Part shown: positions 1 to 8,443 of the stretch, one piece after another
Layout of the letters: each line of letters starts with the position of its first letter
How positions within the stretch are numbered: position 1 is the stretch's first letter
From: an uncultured Candidatus Saccharibacteria bacterium
GTDB lineage: Bacteria; Patescibacteriota; Minisyncoccia; Phycocordibacterales; UBA2100
Reading direction: 5' to 3'
DNA length: 64,000 bases
NCBI GenBank assembly: GCA_964545165.1
Contig: CAZJEQ010000001.1
Span: 65,971-129,970 of the forward strand
Notes under the pieces: generated by a model
What the model was told of the DNA's origin: nothing
The model's database searches: none
What the model saw: only the letters and a program-made list of their open reading frames with translations
Program-made: the position numbers and the translations under genes

Positions 1-459
1 TCCAAGGAGTCCGAATTCGCTGCCGCGAAGCGGCAAAAGAGTGAGAAGACTTACCCCGAGAGTGGTGCCAATGAGTGACGTCACGATAAGTGAACCACAT
101 GCCGCACATCCGACACCAAGTGCGCCAGTGACTATGCCCGACAATCCAATTGCGGCACCACCTCCGAAGACTGCTCTCGTGCGAATGAGATGAGTGATGA
201 GAGCGACGTTAATGCCCACAAGAACGGCAATCAGAATCGTATACGTCGCAGATAAGGGTGTGAAGTTGGTTGCGATAGACGGGATGAGACTCAGAGACAG
301 TGCAATTTTATCTGCAAGCGACACCGAGACGTCCGTCCATACCGAGAACAGTAAGGGTAGATTAGGGAGCCATACCGCAAGAACAAACACAATGATTGCG
401 ACCGGTAGCGCAATAGCTACCGAACCTGCAGTAGTGAGTGTTTTCAGCACGGCTCGCAT
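1..459 (-). CDS. Membrane protein with a GCAACG (CxxC) motif, runs off the window start; probable DsbA partner
   Basis: Manual minus-strand translation MRAVLKTLTTAGSVAIALPVAIIVFVLAVWLPN...GALGVGCAACGSLIV is open to position 1, has several hydrophobic helices and starts 4 bp after the dsbA-like stop. Not in the ORF track. Confidence 0.75.
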   Translation of the reverse strand, partial: MRAVLKTLTTAGSVAIALPVAIIVFVLAVWLPNLPLLFSVWTDVSVSLADKIALSLSLIPSIATNFTPLSATYTILIAVLVGINVALITHLIRTRAVFGGGAAIGLSGIVTGALGVGCAACGSLIVTSLIGTTLGVSLLTLLPLRGSEFGLLG

Positions 460-463
460 ACGA

Positions 464-1189
464 CTAATTGTCTTTGAGGGCAACTTCAATAAGTTGTTTA
501 ACCGCCTCGTACGGCTGAGCACCCGAAAGCGGGTACTTCTTGCCACTTTTCGTCACGACAATACTCCATGGCGTGCCATTGCCACCGGTAGCAACTGCGT
601 TTTGGACGTCGTCCTCAATATGCTTGGTGAATTTTTCGCCCGCAAGACAGGTGTTGAATTTCGTCATATCGAGACCGACGTATTGTGCGATGTTGTGGAG
701 CTCCATAGGATCAAGGCCGTCATTTGATGGCGTTACTTCGTAGAGACGATCGGCATATATCCAGAACTTGTCGTTGCCTCCAAGATCACCTGCGCATTCG
801 ATAGCTGTCGCCTCATTGCGCGCTTTCTGATGGAGTTGGTCCAATGGGAAGTTGCGGTAGACCCATGCAACTTTTCCATCCTTACCGTACTCATCCATGA
901 CTTGCTTCATGGTGTCGTGGAATCGTTTGCAGAATGGACACTCCGGATCCGAGTATTCGACAATTTTAACCGGCGCGTCGGGATTACCACGAATGTGATC
1001 GTCCGCACTAATAGCTTTCATCTGTTCAAGATCACCTGTTTGTTGCGTTGCGGCTTGCGGTTGCTGCACGTTCGCTGTGCCGCCGGTGCTCGTGCCCAGG
1101 TAGACAGCTCCGGCAATGAGGGCACCTGCAATTACTATCGCAACAGGAGTCGATAGAGACAGCGCACTTTGTTTTGCTTCTGGTTCCAT
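464..1189 (-). CDS. DsbA-family thioredoxin-fold oxidoreductase with N-terminal membrane anchor
   Basis: EYSDPECPFC active site, RNFPL and cis-Pro GTP motifs. Start trimmed to MEPEAK. Confidence 0.9.
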   Translation of the reverse strand: MEPEAKQSALSLSTPVAIVIAGALIAGAVYLGTSTGGTANVQQPQAATQQTGDLEQMKAISADDHIRGNPDAPVKIVEYSDPECPFCKRFHDTMKQVMDEYGKDGKVAWVYRNFPLDQLHQKARNEATAIECAGDLGGNDKFWIYADRLYEVTPSNDGLDPMELHNIAQYVGLDMTKFNTCLAGEKFTKHIEDDVQNAVATGGNGTPWSIVVTKSGKKYPLSGAQPYEAVKQLIEVALKDN

Positions 1190-1271
1190 ATTTTTTAATT
1201 GTTCAATGTTGAAGAAATAAACGAATAGCAAAAACCACCTTTCCATTGGATGAAGGCAACATAAAAACTGT

Positions 1272-1694
1272 TTAGAAAAGCTTCGGGTTTAGGATACCGC
1301 TCGAAAAAAGTTCCTGAAGCGGAGACGCCGGAGGTATATAATCCCTCCGTACAAAGAATCGAGAAGGTGTATACGTGCGATCAATCGGGGGACGCCGCAA
1401 ATGAGTACATAGAAACGCAAGAGCAAGTGCGGCTAAGAGCATCAAAATAAGCGTCGAACCTGTTTGCGATGGGATGCTTGTGAACATGCTCTGCCACGCG
1501 GCAATATGTTCAAGCGGATCCATATTGCACACTACCGCCTGTCCGGACATGAATGGGCAATTCGACGTGGTCATATTCCCGTCCCCACCCATAGGCATAC
1601 TTGAGTGGAAAAGACCAAAGAAACCGATCAAAAGAAAGGCGATGAGCCCGAGAACGAGCAGTATTTTACCGACTTTTGACAACGAAACGGTCAT
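1272..1694 (-). CDS. Hypothetical membrane protein with a Cys/Met-rich segment (CPFM...C)
   Basis: Two TM segments; co-oriented upstream of the dsbA-like gene. Confidence 0.65.
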   Translation of the reverse strand: MTVSLSKVGKILLVLGLIAFLLIGFFGLFHSSMPMGGDGNMTTSNCPFMSGQAVVCNMDPLEHIAAWQSMFTSIPSQTGSTLILMLLAALALAFLCTHLRRPPIDRTYTPSRFFVRRDYIPPASPLQELFSSGILNPKLF

Positions 1695-1830
1695 TACAAG
1701 TAGTATAGCTGATTTGGACAAAAGGAAAAACGCTCCCGAAGTTTGAGAGTTTTAAGAGGCTGGGTTACCAACTCCGAGGCCTTTCGGGCGCTCTGGACTC
1801 CTGCCGCCATTGCGTCATTCCTTGAGGTGT

Positions 1831-3153
1831 ATGGAAACAACAGCCACAAGGGCACCGGGCGGCATTAACAGGCAGGCCACCCCCGCGCCCGTAAAGATCA
1901 GATACTGCCTGTATGCGAGAAAGAGCACCGAGGAAGAGGACAAGCAGGCGCTCTCTATAGAGTCGCAAGTGAGGGAGATGACCGCGATCGCCACGCGCGA
2001 AAACCTCGAGATCGTCGAGGTAAAGCGTGAGTCGCACTCCTCCAAGGAGGTTGGCCAGCGGGCGGTGTATAACCAGCTGCTTGAGGATATCCGGCAGGAA
2101 AAATTCAACGGCATCCTCACGTGGGCACCGGACCGCTTGAGCCGCAATGCCGGGGACCTCGGTGCGGTAGTGGACCTACTCGACCAAAAGAAGCTGGTCG
2201 AGATACGCACATTCACGCAGACTTTTACCAACAACCCGAACGAGAAGTTCATGCTCATGATTCTCGGGAGCCAGGCGAAGCTCGAGAACGACCAGAAAAT
2301 TATCAACGTGAAGCGCGGCCTTCGAGCGCGGTGCGAGATGGGCCTGCGGCCATCGACCGCGCCGACTGGCTACCTCAGCGAGAAGCGGACAGATCGCAAA
2401 TGCGAAGTCGTCATCGATCCGAAATGTGCCGGGACCATACGGAAGATATTCGAGAAAATCGGCAACGATGGGTGGAGCGGGCGGCAAACGCACCGATGGC
2501 TCACGAAGAACGGCTTCAAGACCCGGACCGGCAAGCGACTCTCGCTCGGGAATCTCTACACCGTTATCCGCAACACCTTCTACTACGGAGAATTCGAGTA
2601 CCCGCGCGGGAGCGGCAACTGGTATCAGGGTAAGCACGAGCCGCTCATCACCAAGGAACTGTTCGACAAAGTGCAGGAGTCAATCCAGGACCAGTACATC
2701 CCCAAAACCGAAAGCAAGGAATTCGCATTCACAAGGCTGATTGCGTGCGGCGTGTGCGGGAGCGGCATCACCGCTGACGAGAAATTCAAGAAGCTTAAGG
2801 ATGGCGGTGTGAACCGCCATGTCTACTACCGCTGCACGCACGCGAAGGACACGGAGTGCAAGAATCCGCCCGTGAACGAAACTGATCTCATCGAAGAGCT
2901 GACTAAGCTACTCGACACCATCGACATCGACGAGATTGGCATGAAGGAAAAAATCCGCGATGAGATATCCCGCTATAACAAATTTCGCACCGGCGTCTTA
3001 GGTATGAAAACCAAAGAACGCAGTAGCGATGTAGACCTGCGCGACTACGCCAAGTATCTCCTCAAAGAGGGTACAATCGCCGAGAAGCGCGAGTTGCTAT
3101 CTTGCCTCAAGAGCAAGCTGGTGCTCAAAGCCCGACAGATCAGCTTAAGCTGA
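1831..3153 (+). CDS. Large serine recombinase (resolvase + recombinase + zinc-ribbon domains)
   Basis: YARKS catalytic motif, DRLSRN, G..P...PTGY, HEPLIT.ELF, CGVCG...YYRC. Confidence 0.93.
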   Translation: METTATRAPGGINRQATPAPVKIRYCLYARKSTEEEDKQALSIESQVREMTAIATRENLEIVEVKRESHSSKEVGQRAVYNQLLEDIRQEKFNGILTWAPDRLSRNAGDLGAVVDLLDQKKLVEIRTFTQTFTNNPNEKFMLMILGSQAKLENDQKIINVKRGLRARCEMGLRPSTAPTGYLSEKRTDRKCEVVIDPKCAGTIRKIFEKIGNDGWSGRQTHRWLTKNGFKTRTGKRLSLGNLYTVIRNTFYYGEFEYPRGSGNWYQGKHEPLITKELFDKVQESIQDQYIPKTESKEFAFTRLIACGVCGSGITADEKFKKLKDGGVNRHVYYRCTHAKDTECKNPPVNETDLIEELTKLLDTIDIDEIGMKEKIRDEISRYNKFRTGVLGMKTKERSSDVDLRDYAKYLLKEGTIAEKRELLSCLKSKLVLKARQISLS

Positions 3154-3376
3154 GAATACCGACAACGAGACTCGCAATCGCGAGAGGGACGCCGAGTATT
3201 GTCGCAACTGCGGCCCAGAACATAATCGGGTGTTCGGCTTTGAATGCACCGATGCGCGTCCGGATCATGCGCGTTCCCGAGCCTGCGATTCTTACACCTC
3301 CCGCAATGTGGCTATCGATAAAAGTATTGTCCTTTGCGTCCTTCGTTATTTCCAGTACTACCCGTTCTTTTTCCAT
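3140..3376 (-). CDS. Small hypothetical protein with a C-terminal TM helix
   Basis: 78-aa ORF directly downstream of 3386..3997; overlaps the recombinase stop convergently. Confidence 0.5.
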   Translation of the reverse strand: MEKERVVLEITKDAKDNTFIDSHIAGGVRIAGSGTRMIRTRIGAFKAEHPIMFWAAVATILGVPLAIASLVVGILSLS

Positions 3377-3385
3377 ACAGATATA

Positions 3386-3997
3386 TTACTCTGATTCAAG
3401 CTCCTGCATCGCCTCATACTCGTCTGCACGAATTTCGGTTCTCGCATCAGCGAACCAAATAAAAGTCTCTCCTGCCTCCTTTCCGGATTCATAGATGGGC
3501 TGAATATTTATCTCGATATACTCCTCAAGATATTTACCCCGCTTTAGATCCTCAGGGAAACGGAAAGCTTCTCCGCTAGGGTCGGCCATATGCAACCGCG
3601 AAATAAATTTATCTAGTTTCTTCAGAGCTTTCTTTTCGGTTGGCCCGCCATACTGGTCTAGCATAGTCTCAATTTCGGGGCGTGCCTGCTTCCATAGGGC
3701 TTCCAAATTATGATTTCCGCGAAGCGGAGTGGCGTTTGGTTTGTCATATATAAAATGCTTCAGCATCAGCTCTGTTCCTTGTCGATACAGATACACGACG
3801 GGATAGATGGCAACGTCTAAAACAAGTTCGCCGCTCGCGTCTCTCGTTTCAATAATGTGCTTGGCTAGAAAATTCCCTGCATCAAAATAGCCGCTGCCGT
3901 AAGCAGCGAAGTCGTTCGTACCACCGCGCCATACGTTTAAGAACGGGCTTGATCCTCGCCCGAACGGAAATTGCCTCTTTCTCTTCTTACGAACCAT
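3386..3997 (-). CDS. Hypothetical protein with a HEPN-like motif pattern
   Basis: YPVVYLYRQGTELMLK...NHNLEALW...DPSGEAFRFP resembles the HEPN E..LK/H.L/RY pattern; visibly AT-richer than flanks. Confidence 0.55.
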   Translation of the reverse strand: MVRKKRKRQFPFGRGSSPFLNVWRGGTNDFAAYGSGYFDAGNFLAKHIIETRDASGELVLDVAIYPVVYLYRQGTELMLKHFIYDKPNATPLRGNHNLEALWKQARPEIETMLDQYGGPTEKKALKKLDKFISRLHMADPSGEAFRFPEDLKRGKYLEEYIEINIQPIYESGKEAGETFIWFADARTEIRADEYEAMQELESE

Positions 3998-4072
3998 TAC
4001 TATCCACTATGCCTCAACAGGCGTCGACATTAAAGGCGACCCCGCTCGGTCACTTGAATTAGCACTAACCTG

Positions 4073-4144
4073 TGCCCTCGGTAGGAATCGAACCTACATC
4101 AAGACCTTAGAAGAGTCCTGCACTATCCATTGTGCTACAAGGGC
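4073..4144 (-). tRNA. tRNA-Arg (anticodon TCT)
   Basis: Reverse complement folds as GCCCTTG acceptor, GCAC/GTGC D-stem, GGACT-CTTCTAA-GGTCT anticodon arm, GTAGG-TTCGATT-CCTAC T-arm. Confidence 0.95.
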
Positions 4145-4289
4145 ATCAGAGGAGGAAGGGCAGGTCAATCGTAGCCGTCACTGCCCGTACGGTCAAACGT
4201 GCTGTCGGCACACGACTTGCCAAGTGCGTATAATTGTTGTATTGATTTCTGACGATCCACTGCCGGATCGAGCAACGAAGGAGTCTGAG

Positions 4290-4481
4290 ATGTCCGAGAG
4301 CCATGATGAGATGACGCCCGAGAGCGTGAAGAAGCGTGTCGATATGCTCAAGCCCGTCATGGGCGACATCTGCGAGATGGCCGGGCTGGTCATCGCGAAG
4401 GGCATCGACCCGCGGAGCGCGTTCTCCATCGTCGGCGCCTTGGTGTCCGGCAACCTGGGCAACCGTCACGGCGGCCACTAG
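4290..4481 (+). CDS. Small orphan protein
   Basis: SD AAGGAG before ATG, upstream TATAAT, own downstream terminator. Confidence 0.6.
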   Translation: MSESHDEMTPESVKKRVDMLKPVMGDICEMAGLVIAKGIDPRSAFSIVGALVSGNLGNRHGGH

Positions 4482-4504
4482 AGCCAGGGACACCCCCCAA
4501 CCAA

Positions 4505-4537
4505 AGAAAGGGCCGGACCACGTCCGGCCCTTTTTCT
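4505..4537 (+). terminator. Rho-independent terminator
   Basis: aaagggccggac-cac-gtccggcccttt followed by a T tract. Confidence 0.75.
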
Positions 4538-4583
4538 ATTGCCGTTTAAAGAACTCAGTGCTATAGTGCCGCGACTCAGATAT

Positions 4584-5021
4584 ATGGCAGTCACACATTC
4601 ACCGGTAAACATGGAGGAGCGCAAGACCCTGGATATTCGTCCGGGTGACACCGTGCGTGTCCATCAGAAGATCGAAGAAAAGGGCAAATCGCGCCTCCAG
4701 GCGTTTGAAGGCCTCGTTCTCGCGCGCAAGCATGGTACGGAGGCAGGTGGCACCTTTACGGTCCGCCGTGTCGCCTCGGGTGTCGGTGTCGAAAAGATCT
4801 TCCCGCTCTACTCGCCGATGATCGACCACATCGAAATCGTGAAGCGCGCACGTGTCCGCCGCGCGAAGCTCTACTTCATTCGCGAGAAGGTCTCGCGTGA
4901 AGCGCGCCGTCAGCTCCGCCGCTCCAAGATGATGATCAACGTCTCTGGTGTGACCAAAGTCGTCTCCGTCGAGGAAACTCCGGTAGAGGAGGTCGCAACC
5001 GAGGAAGCGAAGGCAGAGTAA
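4584..5021 (+). CDS. rplS: 50S ribosomal protein L19
   Basis: IRPGDTVRVH, RLQAFEG, GVGVEKIFP, VRRAKLYFIR. Confidence 0.97.
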   Translation: MAVTHSPVNMEERKTLDIRPGDTVRVHQKIEEKGKSRLQAFEGLVLARKHGTEAGGTFTVRRVASGVGVEKIFPLYSPMIDHIEIVKRARVRRAKLYFIREKVSREARRQLRRSKMMINVSGVTKVVSVEETPVEEVATEEAKAE

Positions 5022-5034
5022 TTTCCAAGCAAAC

Positions 5035-5076
5035 AAAAAACACAAAGCGCCCCGAAAGGGGCGCTTTGTGTTTTTA
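5035..5076. terminator. Bidirectional intrinsic terminator
   Basis: cacaaagcgcccc-gaaa-ggggcgctttgtg with A and T tracts, between convergent genes. Confidence 0.85.
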
Positions 5077-5646
5077 TTTCCGTGCTGGCTTCGGATGTGA
5101 GATGTCTCTGAGTTTGTTGCGCGCATCGTTGAGGTGTGTGCGAATCTGCTCAGCCTCGGCGTTGAGACCAGTAGCGCGAATATTCGCGGCCTCTTTCGTG
5201 ATGAGGCCCCCGACGTGCGAGAGCACATTGGTTGCATGCGAGAGCGCTCGGACAGGGTGCGCGTCTACTGGATTATCATCATAAAAACTAAACAGCTCAC
5301 GAAATTCAGCGACCAGCGCTCCGGTCGTGGGTTCTCCCGCCTCACCCCGACGAGCTTTTTCAAAAAAATCCGCATACGCTTTCGAATTCCCGGTATTCAG
5401 CTTCCGCAAAAAGGGGATGATGGTCTCGGAGAACTTTTTCGACACGACATCGCGCACCGCGACGGTCTTCTCGTACTCCTCTTTGGTGAGTTGGAGTCGT
5501 TCCCATGCGGGTTTTTGATTCATCGTAGCCTGTTCTTGGGTGGTACGTGTCTGCGCCTCAGCGTCTGTGCTCTCCAATGCGGTCGCGGCGAGCGCGGCTG
5601 CACCCAATATAAGTCCGCGTCGATTCAAGTCCGGGCCTTCTTTCAT
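5074..5646 (-). CDS. Hypothetical exported protein with a twin-arginine-like leader
   Basis: MKEGPDLNRRGLILGAAALAA...AEA. The ORF-track extension upstream runs through non-coding repeat DNA. Confidence 0.65.
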   Translation of the reverse strand: MKEGPDLNRRGLILGAAALAATALESTDAEAQTRTTQEQATMNQKPAWERLQLTKEEYEKTVAVRDVVSKKFSETIIPFLRKLNTGNSKAYADFFEKARRGEAGEPTTGALVAEFRELFSFYDDNPVDAHPVRALSHATNVLSHVGGLITKEAANIRATGLNAEAEQIRTHLNDARNKLRDISHPKPARK

Positions 5647-5673
5647 TCGGAGAATTTTACCATCAACAAGAAC

Positions 5674-5876
5674 GCAAAAATCCGGTTGTATACCGGATTT
5701 TGCATTGGTGCGCAGGGCTCGGCCACGCGCTCGAAATTTTGCCGTCGCAAAATTTCTCCGCTCGGCCCTGCTTGGACATCCCCATCTTCTGATGGGGCCC
5801 CAGTCCGCGCTTTCGAGTCCTCTCCTGCGCCACAAAGACGAATGACCAGGACATGTCCTGGTCATTCGCTATTCTG
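5674..5876 (-). repeat. Structured element downstream of tRNA-Leu carrying inverted and direct copies of the tRNA 3' end
   Basis: Perfect 30-bp palindrome 5839-5868; 19-bp inverted copy of the tRNA end 5812-5830; two-hairpin core 5717-5811; direct copy CCTGCGCACCA 5706-5716; terminator-like hairpin 5674-5703. Confidence 0.85.
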
Positions 5877-5960
5877 TGCGCAGGAGAGGACTCGAACCTC
5901 CACGCCCTTGCGAGCACTACCACCTCAAGGTAGCTTGTCTACCAATTTCAACACCTGCGC
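5877..5960 (-). tRNA. tRNA-Leu (anticodon GAG)
   Basis: GCGCAGG acceptor, CTACC-TTGAGGT-GGTAG anticodon arm, long variable arm, GGAGG-TTCGAGT-CCTCT T-arm. Confidence 0.95.
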
Positions 5961-6024
5961 GACAGCAGCATCCTAGCAAAGAATCTGCAATTCGCGAATA
6001 GCCACGCTTTGCTATCATTGGGGC

Positions 6025-6582
6025 ATGGCGTTCTACACGGGCAAAGGGGATGACGGGACGTCCAAGCTTTTCGATTCGGGCAAAGGTATCCGACTCACGA
6101 AATCATCGCCCATTTTTGAGTGTCTCGGGCAGCTCGATGAGCTGAATACGCTTGTCGGGTGGTGCAAAGCCGCGAGTGGAGAGCTCTCGGCCTATGATCG
6201 CTCGCTCAAGCTCATCTTGCATGATGTGCAGGACCACCTCTTTACGATCCAGGCAGAGGTCGCGGGTGCACAGAAGTCGGTGCCACTCTCCAATGTTGAG
6301 CATTTGGGAGAGTTCATCAAAGATATTGAATCAGTCTTGCCGCCGGTGACCTCCTTCCTCGTTCCGGGCGGGACCGAGCTCTCGGCACGCCTCGATATTG
6401 CGCGCGCTGTCTCGCGTCGTGCTGAGCGGCGATTGGTCATGGTGCACGAGAGCGGTGAGCGAGAGATTTCCGCATCATCGCGCGCGTATGCCAACAGGCT
6501 CTCCTCGCTTTTCTATGCGCTCACGCGACTCGTCAATCACTCTGCGGGTGTGGATGAAAATCCGCCTGTCTATAAAGCATGA
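6025..6582 (+). CDS. pduO: Cob(I)alamin adenosyltransferase, PduO type
   Basis: FYTGKGDDGTS, GQLDELN, FLVPGG, ARAVSRRAERR, NRLSSLFY. Confidence 0.9.
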   Translation: MAFYTGKGDDGTSKLFDSGKGIRLTKSSPIFECLGQLDELNTLVGWCKAASGELSAYDRSLKLILHDVQDHLFTIQAEVAGAQKSVPLSNVEHLGEFIKDIESVLPPVTSFLVPGGTELSARLDIARAVSRRAERRLVMVHESGEREISASSRAYANRLSSLFYALTRLVNHSAGVDENPPVYKA

Positions 6583-7676
6583 TCAGAAGATATTTACCCA
6601 AGTCGACCGAGCAGCTCATTCATTGGTATGAGCGGTATATTTCGCCGCTCGCACTCTTGGTCGGGTTTCTTCTCGATAATTTCGTCTTTCTCGACCGTAT
6701 TGATTCGCCGCAGAGCTACGCGCTCATAAGCAGCTACCTCACGATTGCGGCGATCGCGATTGCGCTCCTCAATGTCATCGAGGAGGGGAGACTCTCGCAC
6801 CCGCTCGTCCTCAAAGTCGCACCATTTATACCTGTCGTGATGCAGTTTGCCTTCGGAGGCCTCTTCAGCGCCTTTCTCGCACTCTACGCACGAAGTGCCT
6901 CGGTCTTGGTGAGCTGGATCTTCGTGGTCGTCGTAGCAACACTCCTGCTCTCAAATGAGCGCTTCCGAAGTCGCTACACTAAGCTGCCGTTTCAGGTCGG
7001 CATTTATTTCATCGCGCTCTTCTCGTTTCTCATTTTCCTTTTGCCGATACTTTTCCACCGCATCGGGTCGCTGGTATTTTTCCTCAGCGGTGCGGTAAGC
7101 GTGGCTCTCATTACCGCGCTGCTCTTCGGGCTCAAGCGATTGATTCCTGAGACCTTTCAGCGAGAGCGCACGAGCGTCGCACGCACGGTGGCGATTATCT
7201 TCGTGCTCTTCAACGTGCTCTATTTCTCCAATGCCATTCCGCCGCTGCCGCTTGCCCTCAAGGATGCCGGCATCTATCACGCGGTCAATCGGCAGGGAGA
7301 TACGTATGCGATACGCGCGGAAAAACAAGCGTGGTACCGCGAATATTTGCCGATACGAGAGCGCATTCACCTGGTGTCGGGCGCAGGGCTCTATGCGTAC
7401 ACGGCAGTGTTCGCGCCGACCGGACTCTCGACGCGACTTCTTCACGAGTGGCAGTACTACACGCCAGGTGAAGGTTGGACGACGCGCTCGACCGTCGGCT
7501 TCCAAATTGCCGGCGGGCAAGATCGTGGCTTTCGCGGCTACTCGGTAAAAATCGCACCCGAAGCGGGCAGGTGGCGCGTCAACGTGCTGACGCCCTCACG
7601 ACAAATTATCGGTCGGCTCAATTTTGAGGTGATCTACGTGTCTGACCCGGTTGAGACGACGGTGCTTACGCGCTAG
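6579..7676 (+). CDS. Multi-pass membrane protein with a C-terminal DUF2914-like domain
   Basis: About 7 TM helices, then AYTAVFAP...HEW...GG..RGFRGYSVK...GRWRVNV. Confidence 0.75.
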   Translation: MIRRYLPKSTEQLIHWYERYISPLALLVGFLLDNFVFLDRIDSPQSYALISSYLTIAAIAIALLNVIEEGRLSHPLVLKVAPFIPVVMQFAFGGLFSAFLALYARSASVLVSWIFVVVVATLLLSNERFRSRYTKLPFQVGIYFIALFSFLIFLLPILFHRIGSLVFFLSGAVSVALITALLFGLKRLIPETFQRERTSVARTVAIIFVLFNVLYFSNAIPPLPLALKDAGIYHAVNRQGDTYAIRAEKQAWYREYLPIRERIHLVSGAGLYAYTAVFAPTGLSTRLLHEWQYYTPGEGWTTRSTVGFQIAGGQDRGFRGYSVKIAPEAGRWRVNVLTPSRQIIGRLNFEVIYVSDPVETTVLTR

Positions 7677-7743
7677 CGTGAGCGGTCACAGGAGCCACTG
7701 AAACGGCAGCGAGCCGGATGCGTATGCATCCGGCTCGGCCCCT

Positions 7744-7818
7744 TGGGCGATCGTCGGGAATCGAACCCGAATCGAGAGCTCCACAAACTCTAGTGTTAAC
7801 CGTTACACCACGATCGCC
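7744..7818 (-). tRNA. tRNA-His (anticodon GTG)
   Basis: G(-1)GCGATCG acceptor, AGAGT-TTGTGGA-GCTCT anticodon arm, CGGG-TTCGATT-CCCG T-arm. Confidence 0.95.
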
Positions 7819-7872
7819 ATCAAACGCGCTAGTTATAGCATCAAACAACTCGGTCGACCAATAAACGTGATG

Positions 7873-8334
7873 CTATTGCAGCGATCCCCAAAAGAGGAGC
7901 GCTGAGAACGCGAGTCCCACGTAGTAATCGCGTGGCGCGATAATCCACCAGTTGTCTTTGTGCCAGGAAATTTTATCTTTTTTGAATTTCCGGATCCCGT
8001 ATGCCGGATTGACGATAAACCAGAGGAAGTCTTCGCAGACCGCGATAAACAAGAAGAGCGCAAAGATCTGCATTTCCATCGCATAGGAGAAAGGCACAAA
8101 GAGGTAGACGGCATGGAGCATCGAGAGAATCGATGTCTCAAACCATACGTGGTACCCCGTGATCGGACGAGCGCCGAGCATGAGGCGCAGCACGATGCTT
8201 TTCGGTGCGAATCGCCAGGTCGGGAGTTTTGCCGCCCAACCATTGGGCCCTTCGATCGCGACTTCAAGTTTGGCGAGACAAAAAGCGATCCATAGTCCTA
8301 CTGCGTACAGCACCCACGCATCGGTTACGAGCAT
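7873..8334 (-). CDS. Hypothetical membrane protein
   Basis: EVAIEGPNGWAAKLPTWR, TGYH and EDFLWF motifs; about 4 TM helices; ATG 7 nt after TATACT. Confidence 0.75.
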   Translation of the reverse strand: MLVTDAWVLYAVGLWIAFCLAKLEVAIEGPNGWAAKLPTWRFAPKSIVLRLMLGARPITGYHVWFETSILSMLHAVYLFVPFSYAMEMQIFALFLFIAVCEDFLWFIVNPAYGIRKFKKDKISWHKDNWWIIAPRDYYVGLAFSALLFWGSLQ

Positions 8335-8340
8335 GTCACA

Positions 8341-8424
8341 CAGTATAACCTTCAAATTCTCAGCAGAGAATTTGAAGAGTTACACCCGGACGCATTCCTG
8401 CAGGAATGCGACGTTGGGTGTCAC
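8341..8424. repeat. Dispersed double-hairpin repeat, copy 1
   Basis: 8341-8391 matches the reverse complement of 63106-63156 at 50/51 nt; contains the ttcaaattct-CAGCAG-agaatttgaa hairpin. Confidence 0.9.
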
Positions 8425-8443
8425 CTCTCACTGAGCCAGTGCG

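Noticed and set aside
5134-5976. 280-aa plus-strand ORF and the extended 5074..5865 ORF sharing the peptide MTRTCPGHS
   Set aside because: Artefact of reading through the palindrome and tRNA-Leu on both strands; the region is non-coding.
7700-7743. Possible third target-duplicating element after tRNA-His
   Set aside because: Only a simple hairpin (cgagccggatgc...gcatccggctcg); no inverted or direct copy of the tRNA end and no core loops.
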